Of a DNA stretch of 64,000 nt, positions 1 to 12,180 are shown in pieces; the stretch's first letter is position 1; each line of letters begins with the position of its first letter. Both the position numbers and the translations under genes were made by a program. The DNA is from Octopus sinensis (lineage: Eukaryota), in assembly GCF_006345805.1 (NCBI RefSeq), contig NC_043001.1, positions 25,048,001 to 25,112,000 on the forward strand, in the 5' to 3' direction. Below the pieces are notes generated by a model. That model had not been told where the DNA came from. It saw only the letters and a list, made by a program, of their open reading frames with translations, and did no database searches.

Positions 1-3000
1 TCCCAAGGGCAGCAAGGACTGGAATATTTTTTAAAGCCTTTTTAATATATAAATTTTCCCTGTTATAATAATGCTGCACTAAAATTATCAGAAATAATTG
101 GTAATCTCTTCAAAAAAATCCTCCATTCATAAATTTTATAGTCTGCCTGGTAAATGAAATTAAAATACCACTCTTTAGCAACAGTCGTATTCAAACAAAT
201 TTAAATTAGAAAAATTAAGTTTGGAGAAAATAAAATTCATTTTGATCCCAAAATAGATGTTATTGCAAAAAAATATACAAACCCCTCTTTAGCAACTTAT
301 TCTTAAAGAGAAAGTGGTTAAGCTGAACTTCAACATGCAATAATACGAATGTTTATAAATATATATATACATACACTATACCCACCAGATATAAGAAAAG
401 ACACAAAAATACTTTATTATGAATATCTTCTTATTTAATTTTTCTCTTTATATTTTATAAATTTGTTTCTAATTACATTTACAGTAGTCTTTTTAGAAGC
501 TATTAAATCTGTTGTTGTTAGAATTTTTTCTATTATTTTATATTTACATATAAAAATGTTTATTGACAACAAAGCTTTCTTTTTTCGCATGCTAATACAA
601 CCATATAAGGAGTTACCAAGATCAATCTTTAAGTTTACCCATAATTTGTATATTTTTTAATGTATGGTTGTAAATCAAAATCTAAGATTGTGTAACTTTT
701 CAGTGTCTTAAGTTATGATTTAGCTTCAGTAAGATACTTTAAGTGTTGAATACAATTTAACCCTAAAAATTATCTTTTCAACAAAGAAATGCTTATTAAT
801 ACTGAAAAGAGAAAATATTGAATTCACTAACTGTACCTGTGATTATACTTTAAACACATACAAATATATACATCATAAATACATGTAAGATAGTGTGTAT
901 GAGTACTGAAGTGTCTGTATGTTTTCTAAATTGAAAAAATTAAGAAAAGTTGTGCAGAAAGAAATCACAAACATATCATTTATAACAAGGGATATCAAAG
1001 AATATCTTTAATGATCTTTCTAAACATTTAGATTATAACTTTCAAATGCACACTATTTTATAAATCCACATGATTTGTGCATGTGTATATGACTGACAGC
1101 ATTTTTTTTTTTTTCTTGGTATATTGAAATATGATCTTTCATTCAATTTGCTTTTTTGCTACAATGTTTTACCAAGCTCAATAACCAATAGTGAAATTCA
1201 GTAAATCTATTTGCTTGTTTGTTTCATATTTTAATGTGACTTTTATATACTTTTTCTACTTCCTTCACTTGCTTTATCAATGAATCTATTCTATCATTTT
1301 CTTTTAATTATTTTTATAGTTTAATTATTCAATGTTAATTTTCAATGAAGAATAAAAGAAAACATCTTCATTGAGTTATCCTAAGTACTGAACACATAGA
1401 TAACACAACTTTAAAGACTATATACAGTGGTCTAAAATACTGGACATATAGATACAGCAGTTACAAAAACAATTTTTAAAATGATTTAAGTACTTAATAA
1501 ATAAGCTTTACTTTCAACCAAATTGATCTAATATTTTTTCCAGAAAAAGTTAATTTTTAGATTCGTATTTGATAAGAAATATCTTACTAAAAATTACTTC
1601 TGCTCTGAAATTTTGTATATTAAAAATATGATATGCTTAATATTTTGGAAAATAATTAATACTTTAGTTTCAAAATTTCCTTAATATCATTTAATTGCAA
1701 ATGACAAGATATTGGGTCAACTCTTTACAACATAATCTGGAATTCTCACCAAAGATTTTTGTATTTGCAGATTATTTATATTGTTATTTTTACAAGAACT
1801 ATTATTTAACTAACCCAAATGAAAATGGTTATACTTTTCTATCATGATAATTGGAAATATATTTTGTTTACAAAAGATTTTAATGAATACATATTGATAT
1901 AGTAGCTTAGAATCGTAGAAAATAAGCTGTGATGTACATGTCCAGTTTCTATAAATTAGTTCTCAGTTGTAATATTATTTTCTAATATAGTTGCATGCCT
2001 TTTATGTAATGATTTTATATGAAAAGAAAATCTAGTTTTCACCCTTCTTACAGGCTAGTTGATACATTTTTTTACTGTAGTTATTCACATATAATTTCAG
2101 AATTGTATTTTTGATGATGAGATAAAACTGTCTGCAAATTAAGAGCTATATTTTTTTTTTCCTAAAATATGAAATTGGATATACTATGACAATTCAATTT
2201 GTAGCATTCTTGGAATTACAAATAAAAATATAATATAAATCAACTGACTTTTAAGTCTTTAAATAATGTAAAGAATGTTTAGATAATTGATCGTCAAAGA
2301 CTTTATTTGAAATAAAAAAATTTTTTTAATAAATTTATAAGTGTAATTGTGGCTGAGCTCAATTTTTAGCAAGTAAATCACTTAATCAGCACTTAAAAGT
2401 CATACAATTGACTTACTGTGGCATTAACACAAGGATTTCTATTTTATCCATCTTTGAATATAAAATAAATGGTGTTGATAACCATTCCAGATAATGAGCA
2501 AAAATAGAGGGTGATTTTCAAAGAAATTTAAATTTTTCCTATTAAATACTTAATGTACCACAAGATTCAATTTCTTTTTTCCAAAATTGAATTCGCTATT
2601 AAGAATGGTAGATTCAGTTTATTCTAATATAATTCTCTACCTCAGACTCTTAAAAAGTTAAATAAGTTCAAGTGTTACTGTTCACAAAATGCATTTAATT
2701 CTCTCTAAAAATGTACATATGGATAAATGAGTTTTGGTATTTTATAACAGATTCATTGAATATACTGCAATCCAAAATAGTTTAGTGATAAAGAAAGAAA
2801 TTCACCAGGAAAGTTTTTAAAAAGAGACTTTAATATTATCATTAAGTCTGGAAGAATGGATAGTGCTTATGACCTTCACAGGGCCCCTAATAGATTGATG
2901 CCATTAATGTTCCATTTAAACTATTGCAAGTCATCAACTGCAGAGAGGAAATTCCAGAAGGCTAACATTCTGGGGATGAAGAACTGAATGGAGAACCTGA

Positions 3001-3754
3001 GATTGAGAACACAACATAAATATTTAGAGGGGAGGAAGGTGAATTGAGAGTGCTTGAGTAAATATGGCACAAGACCAGCCATCTTTGAAGGGCAGAGGCC
3101 ACCTTTTATAGTTTTAGTAGAAAAAGCAATGAGAGAAGACAGTATGTCTGTGAATAATTTTATATCACTCAATTGACTGGCCTTTCTCTGAATAGTCTAG
3201 GATGCCTCTGTGTGTGTGCATACATGTCTGTGTGCGTGTGCAGTAGCAATACTTGTCCCGATGTGGAATGAGTTCTCTCTTATGGGTCTCAAACTAAAAC
3301 TATTTCTTTTTATGGGTAGTAATACCATTTTTTCAAATCCCTGTTTAAGTAGAACTTTCAGTTTAGTAATTCTACTATATGTATATTTAGTTATAACAAT
3401 CTACTGAAATACATTGGGATTAAAACATGTTTTCCAAATTATGTTCTGCATTTCATTAACATATGTTAGATAAGTTTATCCTTGTAAAAGCCTCAAAATT
3501 AATTGACAAAATCCTTCAACAAACAGCTTCTATTTATTTACACAGTGTTCTCAAAAGAGTTTGAATCTGCTTCCCAAGTTAAAGTTTTTAACAGTTATTA
3601 CATTTCTCTAACCAGAGCCTATCTTTTTCTTCCAGGTTTCTAGTATTGTTTAAAATAAGAACCAATATTACTGTAGCACTGAGTTTTTATCAACTGTATC
3701 CAGCTTTTCTTATAATAAAAGGATATGAATTTTATTAAATGTGAGTTTATGTCA

Positions 3755-4110
3755 CCATGGTCAACTTTAACTTCCATCCTTTTGGGGTCAATAAATTAAG
3801 CATCAGTTGAGCACTGGGGTCTATGTGATCACCTTACCCCCTCCCTCAGGTTGCTGGCCTTGTGCCAAAATTTGAAACTAATATTATTACATTTAAGACA
3901 GCAAACTTGCAGAATCATTAATATGCCAGATAGCATGCTAAAGACAGACATCTTTACGTTGTGAGTTCAAACTCTATCAAGGTTTAGTTTATCTTGCATC
4001 ATTTCAGCATTGATAAAATAAGTACCAGTTGAGCACTGGGGTCAATGTAATTGACTAACCCTCTCACATAAAATTTCAAGCCTTGTACCTATAGTAGAAA
4101 GGATTAATAT
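3755..4110 (+). mobile_element. Two degraded adjacent copies of SINE family C (partial, then near full length)
   Basis: Motifs ccatcctttTGGGGTCAATAAA and AAGTACCAGTTGAGCACTGGGGTC match the better preserved copies at 61217 and 63163. Confidence 0.75.
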
Positions 4111-4135
4111 TACATGTAAAGATGGTAAGAACCAT

Positions 4136-6640
4136 TAGCACATTGGGGGCCTGTTGCACCAAAATAAAAACAAAATTTCTTTCCTGAGAGATCTTACTGC
4201 ATGCAATCAAGCCTTATGCATAGCACTTGTGGAAACTCACCTCAGCCCTGATATAGAAGATGCAGAAGTACACGTACCAAACTATGCCATACTGCAAACA
4301 GACAGAAGGGAAAGGAGCCATGGTGGAGTTGCTGTATACATCTGTGATGACCTCACACCCCAGGTCTTACTGGCATACTCAAATTCGGTATGTGACACTA
4401 ATTGTATACATAAGACAACATAATATAGTCGTATGCAATACATATTGCCCACCAGGTGCCCCAAACCACATAGGAAAGTTTGGAGATTGCCTCACAAGAA
4501 TTAAAGAAATCCTCATGAATCTGGAACACCACATGACCATATTTCTTATGGGTGATTTCAACTTCCCCAATGTTAAATGGCCTGAAGGTCTCATACTCTC
4601 AGGAATGACTCATTGCAAGCAAGCACAGGTGGAATCCCTGCTGAACCCCACCAATGCCCTATTCATGGAGCAAGCTGTACTCAGACCAACTAAGGTGAAT
4701 AAGTTTCTGGATCTCTGCTTCGTAAACAATGTGGACATCATTCATGATGTGAAAATGACACCAACGTTAGTCTCGGATCACAACATAATAGAGCTGTCTA
4801 TGTTTGGGCTGAAAGTAACCAGACATACAGCCTAAAAGAAGCACCCAAAAACTCTCCAATCTGAACTTCCACAAAGCAGATTGGAAATCAATCCAAAAAG
4901 AGATCCTCAGAGAGGACTGGCCGAAATGTCTCTCCACACCAGACATTGACATAAATCTAGAATGTTTCATGTCTTCTGTGCAAGCCATATGCCAGAAATA
5001 TGTCCCAGAGCACAAGGCCAAAACAAATAGGAGCAAGATTCCAAGAGACAGGAAGATCCTCATGAGACAATGGACGAAAGTTGCAAATCAACTCAACCAA
5101 CATCCCAAAAGTAGCGAAACGTCCTGCCTAAAAACAACACTGATGGTGATCGAAAAAAGGCTGCAACAATCCAATGTGAGGGGAAAAGCAGACAAAGAAG
5201 CCTGGGTTATAAAAAACATTAAATCAAACCCAAAGGCCTTCTTTCATTACGTGAAAGAAACAGCCTCAGTACACTACAAGATAGGACCCCTCCTCCAAAA
5301 GGATGGCTCCCTTACAGACAGTCCAACTAAGATCAGTGAGATACTGAATGACCAGTTCAAAAGTGTCTTTGCCACCCCGTTGGAACAGACAAAGGAACGA
5401 ACCAGTGGACTTCTTTGCCACCTCACCTATAAGGCAGTTACAATGGAATACATTGACATTAGCGAAGAAGATATACTACTAGTCATAGTTGAAGTGGACA
5501 CAAACTCAACTGCTGGTCCTGATGGTTTCCCAGCAATCCTCCTCAAAGCGTGTAAGTATGCCCTGGCAAAACCCCTCAAGATTCTCTTCCAGAGCTTTCT
5601 TACAAATGGCAAACTGCCAAGCAAGCTGAAGGAGGGAATAATATGCCCAATACATAAAGGGGGAAGTAGATCAGATGCCAAAAACTATAGGCCTATCTCT
5701 CTGACTTAACACATCACACAAGGAACAGATTGTCAGAGGGAAATTAATTGCATGGAACGGATAGTCAGAAGGAAACTAATTGCATTCCTTGAAGAAAATA
5801 ATTTGCTGAGTGATACCAAGCATGGTTTTCGACCAGGTAGGCGCTGCTTGACCCAGTTCTTACAACATTATGACTGGGTGTTGAGGCAGTTACTCAATAA
5901 ATCAAATGTGGACGTAATATACCTTGACTTTGCAAAAGCTTTTGACAAGGTGGATCATGGTATGATATGCCACAAACTGCATGACCTTGGCATAGCTGGA
6001 AAACTTGGAGAGTGGTTACATGACTTCCTGAAAGATAGGAGTCAGCCAGTAGTGGCTAATGGAGACACCTCTATGAACACACAAATAGTGAGTGGTGTTC
6101 CACAGGGCACTGTCTTGGGACCACTGCTTTTTGTAGTGGCCCTCTCAGATATGCCCTCAAATGCCCGGATAGCCACTGTGGCAAGCTATGCAGATGATAC
6201 GAAAGTCTCGCAGAGAATACAGAACCCCAGCGATGTAGCACACCTGCAGCAGGAGTTGGACTCAATTTACAGATGGGCTGAGGATAATAATATGCAGTTT
6301 AATGCTGAAAAATTCCAGGCCCTGCACTACCAGCATCCAAAACTGAATATTAAACTTACGGGGTATACCAGTCCACAGGGAATTTCAATCCCAGAGCCTA
6401 AGTCAGTGTGGGACCTGGGTATCAACATGAGTGATGATACCTCTTTCCAAGTGCCATTACCAGGATGGCGACAAAGTGCAGACGACTGGCTGGATGGATC
6501 CTAAGAACATTCAGAACCAGAGATAAAGAAACCATGATGGTCCTCTGGCAGACATTCGTCCTCAGCTGCCTGGATTACTGCTCACAGCAATGGTCACCCA
6601 CCAGTGTGAAATTAACAGCGGGCCATGAAGCAATCCAGAG
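4136..6640 (+). pseudogene. CR1-group non-LTR retrotransposon ORF2 remnant (APE endonuclease + reverse transcriptase), frameshifted and 3'-truncated
   Basis: ORFs 4154, 4260, 4969, 5752 and 6465 give ETHL, GGVA, GDFNFP, SDH, NYRPISL, YLDFAKAFDKV, SGVPQGTVLGP and YADDTK; collinear with the copy at 44509-47540. Confidence 0.95.
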
Positions 6641-6707
6641 AATTGCTTCAAGTGTCTGCAAAAAAATGGAGAAGAGAAGGTGTTGAAATATATAGAATTT
6701 TAATTCA

Positions 6708-6825
6708 TGAAGACGATCATTTTGTACAGCGATATAAAAATCATGCAAATTCATGGTTGAACAGAATTAATAAAATTAATTAGATTAAATTAAATTAATT
6801 ATATATCACTGTACTCTTCAGTGCA
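6708..6825 (-). ncRNA. Type I hammerhead ribozyme-like motif, degenerate
   Basis: Minus strand reads tgca-CTGAAGA-GTACAGTGATATA...TATATCGCTGTAC-AAAA-TGATCG-TC-ttca. Stem II pairs over 13 bp; GAAA to AAAA and ACGATCGT to ATGATCGT both fit CpG decay. Confidence 0.7.
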
Positions 6826-7524
6826 AGAAGTATAGACAATATCTTTACAAAGGATACGACAAAGGAAAATGTAGAATACGATCTAGGAGATTCATATTTA
6901 TCCTTATGAGAAAGGAAGATATGTGTGAGTCCAGGTAAGTATTAACTAAAACTAAAGGCTATAATGGTTATTTGAAAATAGAAGTGAGAGAGGTTTTAGA
7001 GATGTTCCCTTTAGAGATGAGTAAGGAGATAAAGTATAATGCCAAACAAGTCGTGTAGGGAAAAGACTGTATTGAAATGTCCAGTGGAAAGGCATAGCTA
7101 TATTTGAATTGAGATTTGACCTGACAGTGAGAAACAATGCTTAGTGTCGTGTATATTCAAAAAAACAAAAGACATACATATATATATAAATACAGATATA
7201 TATATATATATATATAAATACAGATATATATATATAAATACAGATATATAGATATATATATATATAAAAATAGTAATGCAATACGAGAGTATTGCTTTCC
7301 AGTAAAGAATAGCCCGTGAGGGAAAATTATACATAGAAGTAAATATATAGCACAACGAAGTACCGATATTTACTGGAAAATAGCGAACGTAATAAATACG
7401 ACGCTAATGTATAGCTTCACTGCGTATGTACTAGCAAAAATGCGTGTGTGCAACAAACTTGAAAAAAATTGTCTTACCTCCAGGGAGAACATCTGAAAGA
7501 TGAAATACCTAGATAGGGATAATG

Positions 7525-7590
7525 TGGGACCGGTTTCAGATTTTTCAAGATATGTCTGCACACATATACTTGATTTATCTTCATCAACCA
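7525..7590 (-). ncRNA. Type I hammerhead ribozyme-like motif (C3U variant)
   Basis: Minus strand reads TGG-TTGATGA-AGATaaaTCAAGtATATGT gtgcag ACATATCTTGAaaaATCT-GAAACCGGTC-CCA. Stems I and II and palindromic stem III (ACCGGT) all pair. Confidence 0.75.
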
Positions 7591-7793
7591 ACATATACCC
7601 GACAACATTTCAGATGTTGCCACATCAATGCCAATACACTCGACTGAAGCGCCAAAATGCTGACAGAACGTAAATATCGGTACTTCTTTGTGCTATATAT
7701 TTACTTCTATATATATATATATATTTGCTGTGTTTTTTTTTTTGTCTGTGTTTTCTTGTTTGGATTAACTATATATATATATATACGTATGTG

Positions 7794-7837
<44 letters not shown>

Positions 7838-8022
7838 TTAGGAGAAGTAATGGTGTCAATAAGACCGAAAGGTGTCAGGTAATGCTGAGTAAGAGCGATG
7901 GATAGAACATAGTTAAGCTCCAGGTTCAGTGATTATGAGAATAAGGAGGCCAATGTAGGTCATATAACAGCATGTGTGTATTTAAAAATTTTTTTTCAGA
8001 ATGCGATAAAAAACCGAGGCTA

Positions 8023-8062
8023 TGAAGATTTTAGAACATTTATAAATGTTCTAAAATCCTCA
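8023..8062. repeat. 40-bp spacerless palindrome
   Basis: TGAAGATTTTAGAACATTTA|TAAATGTTCTAAAATCCTCA, one mismatch. Confidence 0.9.
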
Positions 8063-8404
8063 CATATGGAGACACGTATCCACACATACAGATGGATAGG
8101 TACATAGGTTATATGTAAATATGCGAATGGAGACTGAAACACATGACCATATATACACACACACTTTACTCCACACAAGGACACATATGGAGACATGTGT
8201 CCACACATATAGAGGTGCACATCCATACATGGTACATAGTGGCAAAACACACACACACACACACCCAAACATGCACACTCAAGGAGACAGAGGTGCATAC
8301 ATATACAAACACATGCTCACACATACACATACATAAAAATACACAAACACAGACATGCAAGCACATGAATATGCAGAATACATACATACAGATGCACACA
8401 CATA

Positions 8405-9140
8405 CATATATACATATGCATACTCACACATATATACATATGCATACTCACACATGTATACATATGCATACTCACACATGTATACATATGCATACTCACA
8501 CATGTATACATATGCATACTCACACATATATACATATGCATACTCACACATGTATACATATGCATACTCACACATGTATACATATGCATACTCACACATG
8601 ATACATATGCATACTCACACATGTATACATATGCATACTCACACATGTATACATATGCATACTCACACATGTATACATATGCATACTCACACATGTATAC
8701 ATATGCATACTCACACATGTATACATATGCATACTCACACATGTATACATATGGATACTCACACATGTATACATATGCATACTCACACATATATACATAT
8801 GCATACTCACACATGTATACATATGCATACTCACACATGTATACATATGCATACTCACACATGTATACATATGCATACTCACACATGTATACATATGCAT
8901 ACTCACACATGTATACATATGCATACTCACACATATATACATATGCATACTCACACATATATACATATGCATACTCACACATGTATACATATGCATACTC
9001 ACACATGTATACATATGCATACTCACACATGTATACATATGCATACTCACACATGTATACATATGCATACTCACACATGTATACATATGCATACTCACAC
9101 ATATATACATATGCATACTCACACATGTATACATATGCAT
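8405..9140. repeat. 24-bp minisatellite, about 30 copies (ACATATGCATACTCACACATGTAT)
   Basis: Direct tandem units; explains the YTYAYSHM and HMHTHTCI repeat ORFs; a 1-nt deletion near 8600 shifts the frames. Confidence 0.97.
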
Positions 9141-9364
9141 ACATACATACATGCCTACATGCATAGGCACACACACAAACTGACCCACACACATGCGCAC
9201 AAACAAACAAAAAGGAACACAGTGTAAATAACGGACAGAGTCAAAGGTTGCAAGATGCAATGAAAATTTTAGGACAATAAAAATAAGAAATAAGTGGAAA
9301 TTTTACCGGTGAATGTGTTATATTATAAGGCATAAAAAGAAAATGACTCTCTCCAGACACAACA

Positions 9365-9400
<36 letters not shown>

Positions 9401-9777
9401 ACTTATATAACACAAAGCAAGTTAGAAGTTATGGGTGCAACCCACTAAGGGATAGTATTTATCCAATATACTGTTGGTAAAGTAAACAAATTCTTAATAC
9501 ATAAATGTTTTTAATTGCAATGCAATTAACTTATTTATTGTATTAAGTGAGTGAAGGTAAAGAAATATTTTACTGTTAATTTATAATACAAATAAGAAAA
9601 TGGAGAAACAATTTAGTTTGTTCATCAACTTTCGGATATTAGAATGTTGAATTATTTATTCATTTAACAAAATGAGAACCTTAATAGCATACATATGTAT
9701 CTTATAGTTCAATACATATAAGATAAGAATACAAATTATAAAAGTCTTAATATAAATTATTGAATTCATTAAAATCA

Positions 9778-9913
9778 CTCCTTACAGCTGTTTCAGCCTA
9801 TGGTTAAAAGCAATTATTTAAATTTTTATTGCCTATAGTTGTCAATTATATTGAGGTTGTAGGCATTTAAAAATAGGGTACTTATATATATAACCATAGG
9901 CCTCGTCAGGGAT
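9778..9913 (-). ncRNA. Type I hammerhead ribozyme, left arm
   Basis: Minus strand reads CTGACGA-GGCCTATGGTTA...TAACCATAGGCT-GAAA-CAGCTG-TA-agga. Intact core, 12-bp stem II, palindromic stem III ACAGCTGT. Confidence 0.85.
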
Positions 9914-10553
9914 TATAAAGAACTTTAAAAATATTAGTACATGAAACAGGATACACGTATAATTTAATATACATAAAAATATGAACAACTATCCATATAG
10001 ACTTATACATATACATATACATACATAAGCAGAGTGTATATTTATGAGTGCTCATTATAACTAATTGTATTTATTTTAACGGGTAGATTATAATAAGTAC
10101 TATTTATATCTGGAGAAAGTATACCCGATTTTATGAAGACATGATGCATTGTGTTCCTTAAAATCGTTAATGATGGGTAGATCAGTTTTTGTGGAATTAT
10201 TCTACGATACTATATTAATTTGATGGATAAAAATACAAATATAAGTATAATTTTAACTTCAACTTTGACGAAATGAAAAAAAGTACTCATATCGATATTA
10301 CGCATGAACTTGTATGTATTAAGAAGAACTATATACTGAAAAACAAAGTCTAACTGTATGTTTTTTATATATTTATATACATGTATATTTGTATACATAT
10401 ATATATGTATATATATATATATATATTTATTTGTGTGGATTGTTTATCTTGTATCATAATATTTGATATATTAGAATCTATTATACTATGTATTGTCAAG
10501 TGAAGATTACTATAAATATAATAATATTGTTATTATTGATAATAATAATAATA

Positions 10554-10602
<49 letters not shown>

Positions 10603-10877
10603 TGATTATTGTTTATGTGGTCATGAGCATAGACGTGTTTATATGTTCCAGTATATGTATATATATATGTATATGACGAATGGTATATTTACTTGGACCT
10701 GTTGTTCAGTTGTGTTTGTTTATATATTTTTACACATGTAAAAGTATATACACTCTGCTTATGTATGTATATATATGTATATGTATAAGTCTATATGGAT
10801 AGTTGTTCATATTTTTATATATATTAAATTATACTTGTATCCTGTTTCATGTACTAATATTTTTAAAGTTCTTTATA

Positions 10878-11012
10878 ATCTCTGACGAGGTCTATGGTTA
10901 TATATATAAGTGCCCTATTTTTAAATGTCCACAACCTCAATATAATTGACAACTATAGGCAATAAAAATAAAAATAACTGCTTTTAACTATAGGCTGAAA
11001 CAGCTGTAAGGA
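10878..11012 (+). ncRNA. Type I hammerhead ribozyme, right arm
   Basis: tct-CTGACGA (10882)-GGTCTATGGTTA...TAACTATAGGCT-GAAA-CAGCTG-TA-agg; predicted cleavage after GTA at 11008. Confidence 0.85.
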
Positions 11013-11206
11013 GTGATTTTAATGATTTTAATAATTTATATTATGATTTTTATAATTCGTATTCTTATCTTATATGAATTGAATTATAAGATACATATGT
11101 ATGCTATTAAGGTTCTCATTTTGTTATATGAATAAAAAATTCAACATTCTAATGTCTGAAAGTTGATGAACAAACTAAATTGTTTCTCCATTTTCCTTTT
11201 TGTATC

Positions 11207-11241
<35 letters not shown>

Positions 11242-11518
11242 TATAATAATAATTATTATTATTTGAAGGAATATTATTCCTAACTTACAGGGAAAAAATT
11301 CAATTTAGAAATACTAAATCAAATTTCGCAAAATATAATATATATATATACATATAACACTTAGAAAAAAACCACCTTTTATCAATTCAAAATGAACAAT
11401 TAAATTACACCATCTAGAAAATTACATATAATAGAAATATTAAAATTAAAATAACAATAATATACCGAAGATTAAGTAAATTGCAAAAAAATAATAAAAA
11501 CCTATATATTTGGTAGAA

Positions 11519-11626
11519 TAACGACACATGTTTCATGGCTATATTTAAGAAATGATTATAGTAAAAAGATTAATTAATAGTAGTAGTAAAATCACTTCGA
11601 TATAAATACAGCCACTCATCAGGTTA
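11519..11626 (-). ncRNA. Type I hammerhead ribozyme with intact core, inside an AT-rich Penelope-like remnant (~11245-12180)
   Basis: Minus strand reads TAAC-CTGATGA-GTGGCTGTATTTA...TAAATATAGCCAT-GAAA-CATGTG-TC-GTTA. Perfect 4-bp stem I and 13-bp stem II. Confidence 0.88.
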
Positions 11627-11668
11627 AAAATAAACTAGAATAAAATAATTAATTAATAAATATACTTT

Positions 11669-11708
<40 letters not shown>

Positions 11709-12180
11709 TAAGATACTAAATATACATTAAGTGAAAACTAAAACCAATATTTAAATTATTCAATACTTTAAAATTAATTAATATACACAATGCTAGTACA
11801 AGCCATTAATATTGTAATCAAAATAAGAAATGGTTCAAATATAGACAAACTCATCAAATAAGCTAACTATATAATTAATATATATGTGTAGTATCTATAG
11901 ATTTAATTTATCACTATAATATAATTGACTAAATATCAATTAATATAATAGCTAATTATCTTAAATTTAATACTACTTAATAAATTTACCACCTAATAAT
12001 TAAATAATATATTGTCTAACAAAACTAATTCTCAAATTAAATTAAATGTAATACGTTAGATCCTTTTATTAAAAAAAACTAAATAAATAGATATAATAAT
12101 TAATATCTATCTTAACTTATAACTATCAATATATATAAAAATGATATAATGGCGAAAATTATTTACTAATGGAAAGTAAA

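Larger units (their letters stand above)
9399..11205. mobile_element. Non-coding Penelope-like element with ~455-bp inverted arms (9586-10041 and 10746-11204), between (TA)n tracts
   Basis: Arms are reverse complements, e.g. aaaatggagaaacaatttagtttgttcatcaact versus agttgatgaacaaactaaattgtttctccatttt. Each arm carries a hammerhead; (TA)n at 9367-9398 and 11207-11230. Confidence 0.8.

Noticed and set aside
2921-3407. Short ORFs as host coding exons
   Set aside because: No recognisable domain or convincing splice context
8020-9260. Long ORFs of 100-297 aa on both strands
   Set aside because: Translations of a stop-free 24-bp minisatellite and CA/TA repeats
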